From positions 37,295-101,294 of the forward strand of contig CACBJQ010000002.1 in assembly GCA_902539635.1 (NCBI GenBank): DNA of 64,000 bases, read 5' to 3'. The DNA comes from an uncultured Alphaproteobacteria bacterium (GTDB lineage Bacteria; Pseudomonadota; Alphaproteobacteria; HIMB59). Below are positions 19,501 to 30,014 of the stretch, piece after piece. Position 1 is the first letter of the stretch; each line of letters begins with the position of its first letter. Under the pieces are notes generated by a model. The model was not told where the DNA came from. It did no database searches and saw only the letters and a program-made list of their open reading frames with translations. The translations under genes were made by a program, and so were the position numbers.

Positions 19501-20261
19501 TTATTACTATAGCTAACCAAAAGGGAGGAGTCGGCAAAACAACAACTGTTGTCAACCTGGCAACTGCTTTAGCCTCAATTGATAAAAAAGTCTTAGTTAT
19601 TGATATGGATCCACAATATAACTCATCAATGTCATTTAATGCTTACAATTCTAAATTGTCTATTTATAGAGTCTTTAGTAATGAGGTAAACATTGAAGAT
19701 ACAATACAAAAATCTCAAATACCTAATCTAAATGTTATTTCTGCCTGTGAGGACCTTGCAGCTGCAGAGTTTGAGTTAGCCGATGATGAAAATAGAAATT
19801 TTCTTCTAAAAAATTATATTAATAAAATTAAGAGTAATTATGAATATATTTTTATCGATACTCCTCCAACATTAGGATTGTTGACAGTTAGTTCTCTAAC
19901 AGCTAGCAGTGAAGTATTGATACCAGTCCAATGCGAATTTTTTGCTTTAGAGGGATTGTCAAAATTAATTAAAACGATTGAAATAGTGAAAACAAATTTA
20001 AATATTCATCTTAAATTAAACGGAATAATTTTAACTATGTACGACAAAAGAAATTCTTTATCGTCATTGATCGAGAAAGAAGCTAGAGAATATTTCAATA
20101 CTAACGTTTACAAATTCAACGTTCCAAGAAATGTTACTTTATCCGAAGCACCAAGTCATGGTCTTCCAGCAATTATTTATGATTTGAAGTGCAGCGGATC
20201 ACAGGCATATATAGCATTAGCAAAAGAATTTTTAGAAAGGAGCAAGGAAAATGGTAGTTAA
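19497..20261 (+). CDS. parA: Chromosome partitioning ATPase
   Basis: NQKGGVGKTTT, DMDPQ, IDTPP, PVQCEFFALEGL, PRNVTLSEAPSHG. Confidence 0.98.
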   Translation: MIITIANQKGGVGKTTTVVNLATALASIDKKVLVIDMDPQYNSSMSFNAYNSKLSIYRVFSNEVNIEDTIQKSQIPNLNVISACEDLAAAEFELADDENRNFLLKNYINKIKSNYEYIFIDTPPTLGLLTVSSLTASSEVLIPVQCEFFALEGLSKLIKTIEIVKTNLNIHLKLNGIILTMYDKRNSLSSLIEKEAREYFNTNVYKFNVPRNVTLSEAPSHGLPAIIYDLKCSGSQAYIALAKEFLERSKENGS

Positions 20262-21081
20262 TAAAAAATTAGGCAAGGGTTTATCATCTTTGTTAGGTAA
20301 TAAAGGAACAATCCAGAATAAAAATTTAGATGAAAAGGGCTTATTGTTGATACCAATTGAAAAAATATTTAGAGATGATGCTCAACCTAGAAAAGAATTT
20401 GATAAAGAAAAGATCAATGAACTTGCTCAATCAATAAAAAAAAATGGCCTAATTCAGCCAATAATTTTGGTAAAAAAGGATAACGAAAATTACTCAATCG
20501 TAGCTGGAGAGAGGAGATGGAGAGCGGCCCAAATAGCAGATCTTAAGACACTGCCATCTTTATTGATCCCTGATGATTTAGATAAAGACGAAATTTCACT
20601 TATTGAGAACATTCAAAGAGAGGATTTAAAAATTTCAGAAGAAGCTAGTGCTTATCAAAGATTAATTGAAAAAAATAATTATACTCACGAAAATCTCGCC
20701 AACATTGTTGGTAAAAGTAGATCGCATATAACAAATTTACTACGTTTATTAAATCTACATAAATATTTTTTCAGCCTTTTAAATGAAGGGAAGATATCCA
20801 TGGGTCATGCTCGAGCATTAATAGGGAAGGCCCCAGAAGATTTTGATGAGTATACTTTAAATCAGATTGTAAAAGGAAAATTATCTGTTCGGGATCTTGA
20901 AAGAAATAAAATAAAAAAATCATCCATAGAACCAAATTTATTACATGAAGAAAAAAATCTTAGTGATACAATCGGCTTCAAGACAAAAATAACCTATAAT
21001 TCAAACGGTAAAGGAAATATAAAGATATTTTATGAAAATTTAGAGCAGTATAATTTTCTTATTAATAAATTAAAAAATTAA
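20251..21081 (+). CDS. parB: Chromosome partitioning protein
   Basis: LGKGLSSLL, QPRK, AGERRWRAA, ENIQREDL, HTH GKSRSHITNLLRLL. Confidence 0.98.
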   Translation: MVVNKKLGKGLSSLLGNKGTIQNKNLDEKGLLLIPIEKIFRDDAQPRKEFDKEKINELAQSIKKNGLIQPIILVKKDNENYSIVAGERRWRAAQIADLKTLPSLLIPDDLDKDEISLIENIQREDLKISEEASAYQRLIEKNNYTHENLANIVGKSRSHITNLLRLLNLHKYFFSLLNEGKISMGHARALIGKAPEDFDEYTLNQIVKGKLSVRDLERNKIKKSSIEPNLLHEEKNLSDTIGFKTKITYNSNGKGNIKIFYENLEQYNFLINKLKN

Positions 21082-21685
21082 ATTTCTTATATAGAACTTC
21101 TTTTTTTAAATTTTCATAAATAGATCTTGTGTCACTGTCGTTCCTTTTTAAATTAAATAATTGTTTTCTAATATTTAATATAAAGTTACTTTCTTCATTG
21201 ATTGTTGCATCAGAGATATATCCATGACTATTAATTTGATATTTCGATATTTCGGAAAAAGCTAAGTGTGGATTGTTCATACAAAATTCAAGAACACTTA
21301 AATTATCAATTTTGAGTTCATTTTTAATAAAGTAACGAATATCTTTAATATAATTATATCCATTCACAGATAAAATCTTTTTTGAATATTCTTTAAACAC
21401 CCTGTAGTCTGAAATTATTATAACTTTATCGTTCATTTTCATAAATTTATCGATATCTTTTTTATTATTTGAATAATGTATAAAAACATTATTTTCTACG
21501 AATAGACTTTGTGTTTTAGTTGTTTCTAAGTTTTGATCTCTTGCAATTACAATTTTTGATTTACTACATAAATAATCAATTAAACAACTATAAAAAACAC
21601 CAATTTGATCTGATACTTGATTAATAATTAATTTATTTTCGTTTTTACCGTCCAAAAAATCCTTAATAAGAATTATATTATTCAC
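21062..21685 (-). CDS. Probable DNA polymerase III delta subunit, short and highly diverged
   Basis: Occupies the holA slot (leuS-lptE-X, convergent on parB); QSLF and SEISKY echo the SLF and ELEKL motifs of HolA; only 207 aa. Confidence 0.5.
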   Translation of the reverse strand: MNNIILIKDFLDGKNENKLIINQVSDQIGVFYSCLIDYLCSKSKIVIARDQNLETTKTQSLFVENNVFIHYSNNKKDIDKFMKMNDKVIIISDYRVFKEYSKKILSVNGYNYIKDIRYFIKNELKIDNLSVLEFCMNNPHLAFSEISKYQINSHGYISDATINEESNFILNIRKQLFNLKRNDSDTRSIYENLKKEVLYKKFNFLIY

Positions 21686-22208
21686 TTCGTATTTCTCTCA
21701 GTTTGTCTCTCAAAACGTGTGATTTAGAACACTGATTTATTTTTTGACTCAAACTATTTATGAAATTTTTAACAAGTGTTTCTGTATTTTCAGCTTTTAA
21801 TTTCTCAAAAGCACTGTTGTTACTTATATACTTACTGCTGTCTGCCAATATATAAAATTGCGAAATATTTTTATTAAAATTGTATATAGTGCATTTGTAA
21901 TCTTTATCGATAATTTCAATGCTTAAATAACTATCAATTCTTAATCTATCAGATGTATTATCTATATTTGTTATATAAACATTTGAAGAATGATTTATAG
22001 AGGAGTGAATTTCAAAATTAGATTTTTCATCATACAAACCAAAACTCAACAAATAATCTTTCAAATAGTTTTTTAGTATTAAACCATCATATTCTCCACT
22101 AACATAACCTATGGAATATTTCAAGTCATGTTTTTGAAACTTATTTTCAACACATGAAATTAAAATAAAACTAACTAATAATAATGTTAATAATTTTATC
22201 TTGGACAT
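21678..22208 (-). CDS. LPS assembly lipoprotein LptE-like
   Basis: Lipobox ILISC; leuS-lptE-holA synteny. Confidence 0.65.
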   Translation of the reverse strand: MSKIKLLTLLLVSFILISCVENKFQKHDLKYSIGYVSGEYDGLILKNYLKDYLLSFGLYDEKSNFEIHSSINHSSNVYITNIDNTSDRLRIDSYLSIEIIDKDYKCTIYNFNKNISQFYILADSSKYISNNSAFEKLKAENTETLVKNFINSLSQKINQCSKSHVLRDKLREIRSE

Positions 22209-24537
22209 TTATTACCTTTACAATTTTTTTATCATTAATTTTATTTTTTATTTTATCTAATTTGTAAATATCATCCAAAATAATTTTTTCATCATATCCT
22301 TTTTTTGTTTGAATTGTCGTAATTAATTTTCCATGTATTTGTATTGGAAGATTAATTTCATCTTCAATTAATAAATCAGTCTTGATTGACGGCCATTCCT
22401 TGAAATTAGATGAATTGAATAAATATTTATTCAAAGAAATTGACAAGGTTGGGATTATTGGAAAAATACATATAAGAATTTTATTACTTAGTTTACTGTT
22501 ATATAAATAAATATTTTCTTTTTCTAAATAATTAAAAAGCGTGTATATATCTGCTACACATTTATTGAGGGAAAAATTTAATATATTTTTTTCTATATTA
22601 TTAACAAATTTTTCAACATTTTTTTCTGTGTCATCTTTTAAATCAGTCATTGGTTTGGAGAAATATCTTTCAATCCTGTGAATTAAGTTTTTTGAACTTT
22701 GGATACCCTCATCAGTCCACTCTAGTTCTCTGTCAGGCGGTGAGTCAGATATCATAAAAATTCTAGTAGCATCAATTCCGTAGTTATCAAGTATCTCATC
22801 AGGCTCAATAACATTCTTCTTTGATTTAGACATCTTTTCTGAGGGTCCTTCTTCAACAGGTTCGCTGTCTTTTATTCTAAACAGTTTTCCATCTTTAGAT
22901 ATAATCTCTTTTGGCATTATCCATTCATTTTTTTTCGTCCTGTAAGTCTTGTGAGTAATCATTCCTTGTGTAAATAATTGTTTAAATGGTTCATCAACTT
23001 TCAAGCTATAAATGTCCCTCAGAGCCTTCATAAAAAACCTTGAATACAATAGATGAAGAATTGCGTGTTCAATTCCACCAATATATTTATCTACAGGAAG
23101 AAACTCATTCACTTGTTCAACGTCAAATGGCTTGCTTAATTTATTGTTTAAAAATCTTATATAGTACCAAGAAGAGTCAACAAATGTATCAAGTGTATCT
23201 GTTTCTCTTTGAGCAGGTTGATTGGTTTTAGGACAAACAATATTTCTCCACCCGCTCAAATTTAAAAGAGCATTGCCTTTGCCCTCTAAATTTACATCAT
23301 ATGGCAATAAAACGGGTAGTTCAGACTTATCGAGGACCCGGTATGACCCATCATTATAGTATATGACAGGTATTGGACATCCCCAATATCTCTGTCTTGA
23401 AACACCCCAGTCTCTTATTTTGTAGTTTATTTTTTCATCTCCAATTTTTTCTTTTTTTAAAAAAAGAATTATTTTTTTTATTGCCTCATTCTTATTGAGG
23501 CCGTTTAAAAGAGGTGAATTTACTAAAAGACCGTCTTCAGTAAAAGGAAGTTGATTATCATCACAGTCTATAACTTTAATTATTGGTAATGAATATTTTT
23601 TTGCAAAATCAAAGTCTCTTTCATCGTGTGCAGGGCACCCAAATATTGCACCTTCCCCGTATGTATCTAAGACAAAATTAGCAATATAAATAGGGATTTT
23701 TTTACTTAGAATTGGATGATCACAACTTAACTTAATTTTGTATCCTAGCTTTTCTTTATCACCATCCATTCTTTCAAATTCTTTTTTTATATTTTCAATT
23801 TCAAAATTTGATAAGCTTTTTTTAACTATTGGATGATTTACTGATACAGCTATGAATGTTGCCCCATAAATTGTATCAGGTCTTGTTGTAAATATATTTA
23901 AATACTCATTTTCACCTGAAATTTTAAATTTTATTTCTGCCCCATATGACTTACCTATCCAGTTTCGTTGCATAGTTTTTACCTTTTCTGGCCATAGTTC
24001 TAATTTATCTAAGTCGTTTAAAAGCTCTTCAGCGTAGTGCGTGATTTTAAAAAACCACTGAGATAGGTTCTTCTTTTCAACTTGAGCTCCAGTTCTCCAT
24101 CCCCTCCCATCAATAACTTGTTCATTTGCAAGTACTGTTTGATCAACCGGATCCCAATTTACTAATGCGTCTTTTTTATAAGCCAAGCCCGCATTATAAA
24201 GGTCAATAAATAGTTCTTGTTGATATCGATAGTAATCTTCATTACAAGTAGCCAACTCTTTGTCCCAGTCCAAGTCCAATTCAAGTTTTTGTAACTGGGA
24301 CTTCATGTTTTGTATATTAGAAAGTGTCCAGTCTTGAGGATGAGTTTTAAATTGTATAGCCGCATTTTCTGCAGGAAGCCCAAACGCATCCCAGCCCATG
24401 GGATGAATGACATCATCACCTTTTAATTTATGATACCTCGCGCAAATATCACCAATCACGTAATTGCGCACGTGTCCCATGTGTATATTTCCTGACGGGT
24501 AAGGAAACATTTCCAATATGTAGTTTTTTTTAGACAC
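22171..24537 (-). CDS. leuS: Leucine--tRNA ligase
   Basis: [26 protein letters not shown]1 editing [23 protein letters not shown]; GTG start. Confidence 0.98.
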   Translation of the reverse strand: MSKKNYILEMFPYPSGNIHMGHVRNYVIGDICARYHKLKGDDVIHPMGWDAFGLPAENAAIQFKTHPQDWTLSNIQNMKSQLQKLELDLDWDKELATCNEDYYRYQQELFIDLYNAGLAYKKDALVNWDPVDQTVLANEQVIDGRGWRTGAQVEKKNLSQWFFKITHYAEELLNDLDKLELWPEKVKTMQRNWIGKSYGAEIKFKISGENEYLNIFTTRPDTIYGATFIAVSVNHPIVKKSLSNFEIENIKKEFERMDGDKEKLGYKIKLSCDHPILSKKIPIYIANFVLDTYGEGAIFGCPAHDERDFDFAKKYSLPIIKVIDCDDNQLPFTEDGLLVNSPLLNGLNKNEAIKKIILFLKKEKIGDEKINYKIRDWGVSRQRYWGCPIPVIYYNDGSYRVLDKSELPVLLPYDVNLEGKGNALLNLSGWRNIVCPKTNQPAQRETDTLDTFVDSSWYYIRFLNNKLSKPFDVEQVNEFLPVDKYIGGIEHAILHLLYSRFFMKALRDIYSLKVDEPFKQLFTQGMITHKTYRTKKNEWIMPKEIISKDGKLFRIKDSEPVEEGPSEKMSKSKKNVIEPDEILDNYGIDATRIFMISDSPPDRELEWTDEGIQSSKNLIHRIERYFSKPMTDLKDDTEKNVEKFVNNIEKNILNFSLNKCVADIYTLFNYLEKENIYLYNSKLSNKILICIFPIIPTLSISLNKYLFNSSNFKEWPSIKTDLLIEDEINLPIQIHGKLITTIQTKKGYDEKIILDDIYKLDKIKNKINDKKIVKVINVQDKIINIIIS

Positions 24538-24544
24538 TAGAAGA

Positions 24545-25141
24545 TTAATTTATTAACAATGAGGAGTATTTTTGTGATGCTTCTAGTATCTTTAGAGTTA
24601 ATACTTTTTCCTCATCAACGTACTCATTGCCATCAGTAATCCAAATATCTTGACTTTTGTTCTCACAAATAAAACTCGACTTTAGTCCAGTGCTTATATA
24701 TTCAGCAGATGTAATTTGTATTTTAATCATACACCTTTTTTTTAGCTCAGCTTCATCGTAAATCCATTCAGTTTGTATATATCCGCCTGTTGCATCTGCA
24801 ATTTTCAGGTCATAAGTAGACGTGACATCAATTGAACCTTGCCACAAAAAAGGATTTATTGTTGTTTGTGCGATCACCGTATTGGGCCCAACGCCATTTA
24901 TTTTATCTATGAAATCAGTTAAATTAAAAGGCTCTATTTCTTTACCTTTATTTGATGGCAACTGTGACCTCTCTTTTCTTTTACAAGTGTCATATTCAAG
25001 CTCACCAAACTCTCGGTGAGGATTATCACAGTACCCCCACAATTCATCAAGTTTTTTCAATTGTTCTTCGCGGTTACCTTGACAGGATGATAATAATATT
25101 GTGAAGAATATTGTAATTATAAATAAAATTATCTTTTGCAT
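24545..25141 (-). CDS. DUF3576-like lipoprotein
   Basis: Lipobox LLSSC; INPFLWQGS...[12 protein letters not shown]; usual position before leuS. Start placed at MQKIILF. Confidence 0.75.
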   Translation of the reverse strand: MQKIILFIITIFFTILLSSCQGNREEQLKKLDELWGYCDNPHREFGELEYDTCKRKERSQLPSNKGKEIEPFNLTDFIDKINGVGPNTVIAQTTINPFLWQGSIDVTSTYDLKIADATGGYIQTEWIYDEAELKKRCMIKIQITSAEYISTGLKSSFICENKSQDIWITDGNEYVDEEKVLTLKILEASQKYSSLLIN

Positions 25142-25193
25142 AATAATGCCAGATTTAACCAATGATTTTTAAGATTAAGATATAAGTAATTTA

Positions 25194-25222
25194 AAAACAA
25201 GGGGAAAAAATCCCCTTGTTTT
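25194..25222 (-). terminator. Intrinsic terminator of the porin gene
   Basis: Perfect 12-bp stem AAAACAAGGGGA-N5-TCCCCTTGTTTT, 22 nt past the porin stop codon. Confidence 0.85.
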
Positions 25223-25244
25223 ATATTTTCAATAAAATGATTGA

Positions 25245-26171
25245 TTAGAACGCGATTGATGTTCCAATAGCTGAAGTAGATGCTGATCCAGATGTACCAA
25301 TATCACCTGATACACTTCTCATTTCAGCAAATACTGACATGCCGCCACCCATTGGGTAAGAAACAGCTACGTCTGTTTGTGTTGCTGAGTTGCTGTCAAC
25401 ATCTTGTGATGAGTAACCAATAGTTACTGATGCAGCGTCAAGTGACATTGCGTATTTTACACCAAAACCGTTACCATCTTTAGCACCAGTTGATGTTTCA
25501 TAACCTGCAGTAAGAGTTCCACCCATTGCAGCGTATGTTAAAGCAATACCTGTCTCAGTGTCATCGATACTTGTATCACTGTTTGTTGCGTAACCAACAG
25601 TCACACCAACATCACCCATAGTTGTTGAGATACTAGCACCAGTAGCTGTACCTGTAGCACCGTCGATATCACCGCTGTTTGCACCAGGTTCGTCATCTGC
25701 TACGTAAACAACAGTCACAGTTGCGCCACCAAAGCCAGTAGTTACTGATACACCAGCACCTTCGTCATCTGATACACCAACAGTATTAGTCATACCTTTG
25801 TTGTTAATAGCTGCGATATCGCCAACTGCTCCACCAACGTCACCAACACCATCAGGAGTTCCAACATCTCTACCAACAGTGATAGATGTACCACCAGTTG
25901 CAAAAGTAATGTTGTTAAATCCACTAATAGCTTTAGCAGGTGAAGTTGTGTCTGAAGCACTTAAAGTAATACCAGCACCTGTTGATACAGTCATACCTGA
26001 GTCTGTTGTTGTTGACAGACCAAAAGAAACTGAACCACCGTGTCTAGTGTTATTATCTGAGTCAGCTGATTGATAAGCAATAACGCTCGAACCACTGACT
26101 GTAATGTCTGCTTGTGCAGTGGTAAAGATACCAGCTGTTAATGCAGACACTAATAATGATAGTTTTTTCAT
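25245..26171 (-). CDS. Outer membrane porin (alphaproteobacterial Porin_4-like)
   Basis: Signal peptide ending AQA-D, alternating beta-strand pattern, Gly/Thr/Ser rich, C-terminal Phe, own terminator. Confidence 0.9.
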   Translation of the reverse strand: MKKLSLLVSALTAGIFTTAQADITVSGSSVIAYQSADSDNNTRHGGSVSFGLSTTTDSGMTVSTGAGITLSASDTTSPAKAISGFNNITFATGGTSITVGRDVGTPDGVGDVGGAVGDIAAINNKGMTNTVGVSDDEGAGVSVTTGFGGATVTVVYVADDEPGANSGDIDGATGTATGASISTTMGDVGVTVGYATNSDTSIDDTETGIALTYAAMGGTLTAGYETSTGAKDGNGFGVKYAMSLDAASVTIGYSSQDVDSNSATQTDVAVSYPMGGGMSVFAEMRSVSGDIGTSGSASTSAIGTSIAF

Positions 26172-26273
26172 TATATTTGTCCTTTCTTAAAACAATATAT
26201 TGTTCGAAAACTAAGATATTAATTATTATTAAATTGCATACAAAATAGACTTAAATTTCTTTAAAATTTTTAA

Positions 26274-26295
26274 AATGTTGCATTTATGCAACATT
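26274..26295. promoter_or_regulatory. Perfect inverted repeat upstream of the porin (operator or terminator)
   Basis: AATGTTGCAT-TT-ATGCAACATT, 3 nt past the sulfotransferase stop and ~100 nt before the porin start. Confidence 0.55.
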
Positions 26296-26298
26296 AAA

Positions 26299-27903
26299 TT
26301 AAATGCTGTATCCAAAATACTTTTCAGGTATATCAACGATATTTTTTGATTTCCAAAATTCTCTTTGAGAATAAAAAGCATCAATAAATTCCGCCTTTGA
26401 CTCTGAGAAATTGTCTTTTTTCAATGAATCCGAATGCACCTTGCTTTGTACTTGGTTAATGCTTGCTGTTTTAGCAAAAAAACGCTCTCTCTTTTCTGGC
26501 ATATAGGCTGAGTTAATTTGACAAAAATCGTAAAGTTTTTTTTGCCAATTATCAAAATCCTCGACTAAATTCTCATATTTAATTGTCACTACGTTATTAT
26601 CAAAAATACCCTCCTTCTGCCAAAAAAGAATACTTGCTTCAAAGTTTGCCATTTGGACACCAATGTTAAAAAAAGATGAAGTAAAGGCAATATTGGAGAC
26701 GTATCTCTGTTTATAAAGTGATACACATAAATCCCATGGATCCCTTAATATGAGTATAATCTTTGCAGCGGGCAAAAATTTTCTGATATGCCCCATAAAA
26801 TGATAGTTATTAGGGAGTTTATCTGCAATTTTATCCATACCAGACATAAGGAAATTTACCCTACTGTTATACTGTTCTCCAATATTTTCAAAACTATTTG
26901 TGTTATTTTTTTGTTCAATCATGACTCTATAAGAAAGATCATAAAACGACATTAACTCCCCACCTCCAAAAACTTCTGTATTAGCAGAAATAAGAGACTC
27001 AGTAAGTGTAGTGCCCGAACGAGGCATACCTACAATAAATATGTTGTTGGCGCCTTTTTTTTGGTTTTTAGAATTGAAATCACTAACAATTTTATAATGA
27101 TCCATAATTCTCAGTATAGATCTTTGAAACTTCAGCATTGATAATCTCTGTATCTCAAACACCTCATTATTAGCACTAATAAAAAAACTATCAGCTAATT
27201 TAGGATTTGTTTTTTCATAAAATGTGGCAAGAGAGAAGTGTAAAGGAACCAACTCTTGGTACTTTTCCATTTTTGATGAAAAACTTTTATTCTTTATTTT
27301 TTCTTTGCATAACATGATTAGTTCATCAGGAACTGCTTTTCTGTCAATCTGTATTAAATTTAACAAAAGTTCTGCGTCAAACTTTGCTGCTAGGTACTTT
27401 TTTATGAAGTTTATTGCATCAGGTTGTTTTTTTTGAGCTATAAAAATTTCAATTCTAATAAGAAGGGTAGATTTATAAGTTAAATAATCATTAGAATATG
27501 TTTCATGAAGTTTAATGCACCTGTCAAGCAGCTCTGCAGCATCTTTGAAGCTTCTTTGTTTCATCAATATTTCGCTGTGATTTTGATAAGGCGCTGGATG
27601 CTTAGGGTTAATTTCTTTTGCTTTTTCAATATATGACAGTGCTATTTTAAATTCTTCTAGTTTTAGATAATAATTACCAAGGTTATTATAGCTATCAAAG
27701 TCATTAGGCTCCTTTTTTAAAATTTTTAATGTTGTATCTATAGCCTCCCCATATTCCTCTTTTAAAAAATAGATATGTGCTAAAAGCTTCAAAGGATAAA
27801 TTTCATTGATATTATTTTGTACAATCTTTTTGCACTCAATTAATGCTTTTTCTAATTGTCCATCAGAAATATATTGCTGAAGTAAATTTACTGCTTTATT
27901 CAT
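26299..27903 (-). CDS. TPR-containing sulfotransferase
   Basis: N-terminal TPRs (SYNNLGNYY); PAPS loop IFIVGMPRSGTTL; DKLP; RDPWD; YENLV; TAS..QV. Confidence 0.92.
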   Translation of the reverse strand: MNKAVNLLQQYISDGQLEKALIECKKIVQNNINEIYPLKLLAHIYFLKEEYGEAIDTTLKILKKEPNDFDSYNNLGNYYLKLEEFKIALSYIEKAKEINPKHPAPYQNHSEILMKQRSFKDAAELLDRCIKLHETYSNDYLTYKSTLLIRIEIFIAQKKQPDAINFIKKYLAAKFDAELLLNLIQIDRKAVPDELIMLCKEKIKNKSFSSKMEKYQELVPLHFSLATFYEKTNPKLADSFFISANNEVFEIQRLSMLKFQRSILRIMDHYKIVSDFNSKNQKKGANNIFIVGMPRSGTTLTESLISANTEVFGGGELMSFYDLSYRVMIEQKNNTNSFENIGEQYNSRVNFLMSGMDKIADKLPNNYHFMGHIRKFLPAAKIILILRDPWDLCVSLYKQRYVSNIAFTSSFFNIGVQMANFEASILFWQKEGIFDNNVVTIKYENLVEDFDNWQKKLYDFCQINSAYMPEKRERFFAKTASINQVQSKVHSDSLKKDNFSESKAEFIDAFYSQREFWKSKNIVDIPEKYFGYSI

Positions 27904-27940
27904 ATTAGATGTATTCAGATTAATTTAGAGTAACGTAAAT

Positions 27941-28900
27941 ATGAAAATTATTCAAAACATAAAGTACCAATATCAATTAAAATCCATTGAAGACCTTATG
28001 ATTAATTCTAAATATAATGATGTTTATTCTAAGCTTTTAAAAAACTGCCAAAATGATCCAATTGCAGGTTTTAACTTGTTAAAAAATTTTGTTCCAAAAA
28101 TTTTAGAGATTACCAGCGAGGATAAAATACTTAATGATAATATTATTTTGATAAATACTTTTGAAGAGAGTGAAGGAAATATAATTTCAAATTTTATCAA
28201 TTTTTATCTTCAAAAATTAAATTTTTCTAATTTTGATATGTCTAACTATCAAAAAGAAATATTGTTAACTATATCTAAAATTAAAAATCAAAAAAATATA
28301 AAACAAGAAGATACGTTTCAAAACTCAATTTGTTATCAAGCAATCTTAACATTTCTAAAGGAAGGTAAATTTCAATTTTTAAATAATCAGTTTGCTTTCT
28401 TTTCAACCCCATTAAATATAAATTTCACAAATATTAGGTTAACAAAATGCTACTTTCTTTTAATAGAGCATCCATATAAAGTTTACCAAAAGTACAAAAA
28501 TAAATTACAATCAAAAGATCTTGCTATGAATATGTTTCTAAATTCTGATAATGAACCACTTAGATATACATTTGAAGATTTAGAACTAATGGTTGTTAGA
28601 AAAGATTGGGCAACACATACTAGCAGTTGGTCAGATCCAAATGTTTTGAACTCTTTAAAAGGCTCTATTTTAAAGAAAGAAGAATATATGGAAAACCCTG
28701 ATGAATTTTTTGCCAGTATTGTCCTTCATCTCAGACAGTCAGGCTATGAAATCCCTTTAAATTACAAAGTAATATCTGATTATATTTCAAACAATACGCC
28801 AGAAAAAGATAATGAAGAAGTTGATATTTCTAACCATGAAAAAAAAGCATTAAAAAAGTACATTGAAAATATTTCTGGCGAGTTAGGCTACGAGTTATAA
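27941..28900 (+). CDS. Hypothetical protein, degenerate sulfotransferase-like
   Basis: LIEHPYKV, DWATHTSSW, KKEEYMENP and terminal ELGY parallel sulfotransferase motifs, but no PAPS loop is recognisable. Confidence 0.5.
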   Translation: MKIIQNIKYQYQLKSIEDLMINSKYNDVYSKLLKNCQNDPIAGFNLLKNFVPKILEITSEDKILNDNIILINTFEESEGNIISNFINFYLQKLNFSNFDMSNYQKEILLTISKIKNQKNIKQEDTFQNSICYQAILTFLKEGKFQFLNNQFAFFSTPLNINFTNIRLTKCYFLLIEHPYKVYQKYKNKLQSKDLAMNMFLNSDNEPLRYTFEDLELMVVRKDWATHTSSWSDPNVLNSLKGSILKKEEYMENPDEFFASIVLHLRQSGYEIPLNYKVISDYISNNTPEKDNEEVDISNHEKKALKKYIENISGELGYEL

Positions 28901-28907
28901 TTCACCC

Positions 28908-29534
28908 TTGTCTGTAAATTTTAAAGTTCTTGAGGAAATTAAAAATGATATCAAAAACAAGAAAGTTAAATTATTAATTGTAACAAAAAATAGGACTCAA
29001 GAAGATATTTTAAAACTCATTGATTTGGGCTATGGAAATTTTGGTGAAAACAAGGTGCAAGAAGCAGAAAAAAAATTTTCTAATATCAGTCCAAACACTA
29101 ATATTAATTTAGATTTAATTGGTCCACTCCAATCAAACAAGGTAAAACAAGCATTATCTTTGTTTGATACAATTCAGTCAGTCGACCGAATTAAACTGGT
29201 TGACGAGATTGCTAAACATAAGGATAACCGAGTTAAAACTAGTAAATTTTTTATTCAAATTAATATTGGTCAAGAACCTCAGAAAAGTGGAGTTATGCCA
29301 GAAGACTTCTATAAACTCTATGAATATTGTGAGAATAAAAAAATAAATATATCGGGCATAATGTGCATACCACCTTTCAATAAGGATCCAAGAATATTCT
29401 TTAAAAAAATGTCATCTATTAGAGACAAGACCAATAGTAACCTTATTTTAAGTATGGGTATGAGCTCTGATTACAAAGTAGCAATCGAATGCAATACTGA
29501 TGAAATACGCATTGGTTCTATAATATTTTCATGA
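28908..29534 (+). CDS. yggS: PLP homeostasis protein (YggS family)
   Basis: VTK, FGENKVQE, IGPLQSNKVK, QINIG, LSMGMSSDY, RIGS. Confidence 0.95.
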   Translation: MSVNFKVLEEIKNDIKNKKVKLLIVTKNRTQEDILKLIDLGYGNFGENKVQEAEKKFSNISPNTNINLDLIGPLQSNKVKQALSLFDTIQSVDRIKLVDEIAKHKDNRVKTSKFFIQINIGQEPQKSGVMPEDFYKLYEYCENKKINISGIMCIPPFNKDPRIFFKKMSSIRDKTNSNLILSMGMSSDYKVAIECNTDEIRIGSIIFS

Positions 29535-30013
29535 GAATAATTTACATCTTAATTTTTTTATTTATATACAAAAACATTTTGTCACTAGAGTTAGCGTGTA
29601 AATTTGAAGAGGTTTATTCAAGTGGTGAAATTCAGCAAGGACTATTCTTGGTAAAAGGTGAAAAGTTTAGATACCAGTATAGTTCAAAAAACCTTTATTC
29701 AATTATTCATAACCAAAATAAATTTTTTCTTATAGAAAATAGAGACACTTCTGTTTATTTTGTTTTAGATAAAAATACAGATATCCTTGAGATTATATTA
29801 AAAATTATTAAGGATTATCCTAATTTCAAAAGCACTTATTTCTTTGAAGACGTTATAGTGAAAATTGAGCTCACTCATAACAAAAATATGATTAAAAGAT
29901 TAGCTTTATTATCTGATGATATCAATTTGAGTGTATATGTTAACGATTGCAGTACAAAAGCTCTGAGTAATAGATATTTTTCATATAGTCCATATTTTGA
30001 TTATAATCATTAA
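29531..30013 (+). CDS. LolA-like lipoprotein carrier
   Basis: Signal peptide; FEE...GEIQQG...KFRYQY pattern like the LolA N-terminal half. Confidence 0.55.
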   Translation: MRIIYILIFLFIYKNILSLELACKFEEVYSSGEIQQGLFLVKGEKFRYQYSSKNLYSIIHNQNKFFLIENRDTSVYFVLDKNTDILEIILKIIKDYPNFKSTYFFEDVIVKIELTHNKNMIKRLALLSDDINLSVYVNDCSTKALSNRYFSYSPYFDYNH

Positions 30014-30014
30014 G

